From assembly GCA_006508105.1 (NCBI GenBank), contig QKPP01000152.1, positions 15,388 to 79,387 on the forward strand: a stretch of DNA of 64,000 nt, read 5' to 3'. The notes under the pieces were generated by a model that was given only the letters and a program-made list of their open reading frames with translations, did not search any database and was not told the DNA's origin. Source of the DNA: Myxococcales bacterium FL481. GTDB taxonomy: Bacteria; Myxococcota_A; Polyangia; Nannocystales; Nannocystaceae. How positions within the stretch are numbered: the first letter of the stretch is position 1; every line of letters starts with the position of its first letter. Shown in pieces: positions 63,901-64,000 of the stretch. The position numbers and the translations under genes were made by a program.

Positions 63901-64000
63901 TGAACCAGCGACGTGGCGCCGGCGTGCCGGTGGCCGAGGCGCTGGCGGCCGCGGGGCGTAGCCGGGTGCGCCCGATTTTGATGACCACGAGCACCACGGT
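60969..64000 (+). CDS. RND efflux transporter permease (AcrB/HAE1-like), 3'-partial at the right edge
   Basis: Not in the ORF track because it has no stop inside the window. My translation from GTG 60969 reads VFGGGIAAVVWRPVTTFMVTIACVLFGWVAATRLPVELLPELSYPSITVRTDYADAAPLEVEELITRPVEELVGAVPGVLTVESVSREGQSEVVLDFQWGT... and is still open at 64000 (...SRVRPILMTTSTT). Lies 6 nt after the adaptor stop. Confidence 0.9.
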   Translation, partial: MFGGGIAAVVWRPVTTFMVTIACVLFGWVAATRLPVELLPELSYPSITVRTDYADAAPLEVEELITRPVEELVGAVPGVLTVESVSREGQSEVVLDFQWGTRIDEVMAEVREKLDRARLPTAAERPVVLRYDPAQQPILRLVLVPGAAVESLAALRFSADRHVKRALEKLPGVAAVQLHGGDEEEVVVEVDPARAAALRIDFGEVVDALTADNVNRPGGAVTEQGERYLIRTMHEARSPEDLEDVIVRSADGANLRLRDVAQIRRQPVEREEIALFEGREAIELSVFREGDANTVAVAAAVTERMAALRLPDGQRVELLSNQADFIAAAIDEVRRNVLLGGALAVCVLLFFLRDLRSTVVIATAIPISLLATFVPLHMLGVSLNLMSLGGLALGVGMLVDNSIVVLEAIARRREAEPADDETASRRETAIAGTREIAAAVVASTLTTVAVFFPMAFVSGVAGQLVRDLALAVSFSLISSLLVSLTLVPVLASIGHDGGTLGDTVDAGTGPPRTLLAWLVVPLALAWRGCAWLVWGVARVMNRIASPLSRGYDALEAAYVPVLRATLRARVLVLLVSALLCGWSFVAQQDLGRALLPDVPRDEFYAQLRLPQGTALSRTLAVSRGLTQSLAGDSRVASVFASVGTLTQAGSAAGTVSGTHLAQIDIRLRHEDEAAMAQTAMELVNRLQVALNEPQANLRIGQPELFSFEAPLEVQVYSEDLALANAHAVRLTEALAGLDSLREPTPDDLTGRPEVRVHFDRERLARLGLTVSSAASAVRRAIEGEVAGQMHTTDQPLDIRVQVPRVDRSRVEDVRRIVVGVVNEVPVRLEAVADVEASSGPAQVRRIDGRRGLRILARVASADLGAVAEQVQAVLDAHADLQERVTAVVSGQAEAMSDSLRSLALTAALSLFLVYVVMASSFESFHHPLLIMFTVPLAAVGVVAAGWLSGAPVSVMTGMGAIVLAGIVVNNAIVMITAVNQRRGAGVPVAEALAAAGRSRVRPILMTTSTT

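Noticed and set aside
1-64000. Search for CRISPR arrays, rRNA, integrases/transposases, toxin-antitoxin pairs and known defence-system hallmarks
   Set aside because: I recognised no repeat-spacer arrays, recombinase or transposase motifs, or nuclease/ATPase defence signatures on either strand. The absence is by eye only and should be confirmed with dedicated tools.

Overview
This is a very GC-rich bacterial chromosomal segment (GC judged by eye, not computed). It is densely coded, with long Arg/Pro-rich shadow ORFs on the antisense strand. Three things suggest a Myxococcota-like organism, as an inference only: the gene content, the many lipoproteins and TPR proteins, and Cys-rich 'myxococcal-type' repeats in front of the Pal OmpA domain.

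I support about 57 CDS. Two are absent from the ORF track because they run off the window edges: a lipoprotein at 1..804(-) and an RND pump at 60969..64000(+). I recognised no rRNA, tRNA, CRISPR array, transposase or integrase.

Housekeeping genes:
- murA, pckA, hemE, dusA, xthA, prmC
- a SUI1/YciH homologue and a Mini-RNase III
- pal and cpoB

The rest is envelope and transport:
- a WecA-like transferase plus a GT4 glycosyltransferase
- a DevBCA/MacAB-like ABC exporter embedded in a long lipoprotein operon
- an RND pair, a cation/H+ antiporter and two SPFH paralogues
- an ECF sigma / anti-sigma / thioredoxin-lipoprotein module

I found no unambiguous hallmark of a known or novel defence or mobile system. 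The best candidates for undescribed biology are:
1. A translationally coupled sulfotransferase + radical-SAM pair (41427..43500).
2. A single 724-aa DUF455 (ferritin-like di-iron) + ATP-grasp fusion (29088..31262).
3. A two-repeat His/Cys-rich 'HGDHxxYLxDGHLH' protein lying against a truncated GST remnant (51109..51716).
4. An in-frame 2 x 84-bp tandem duplication spanning the stop codon of an SPFH gene (40905..41072).
5. A PrmC homologue with NLPY instead of NPPY and an insertion of about 120 aa.

All functional calls come from motifs read by eye. No database search was possible.
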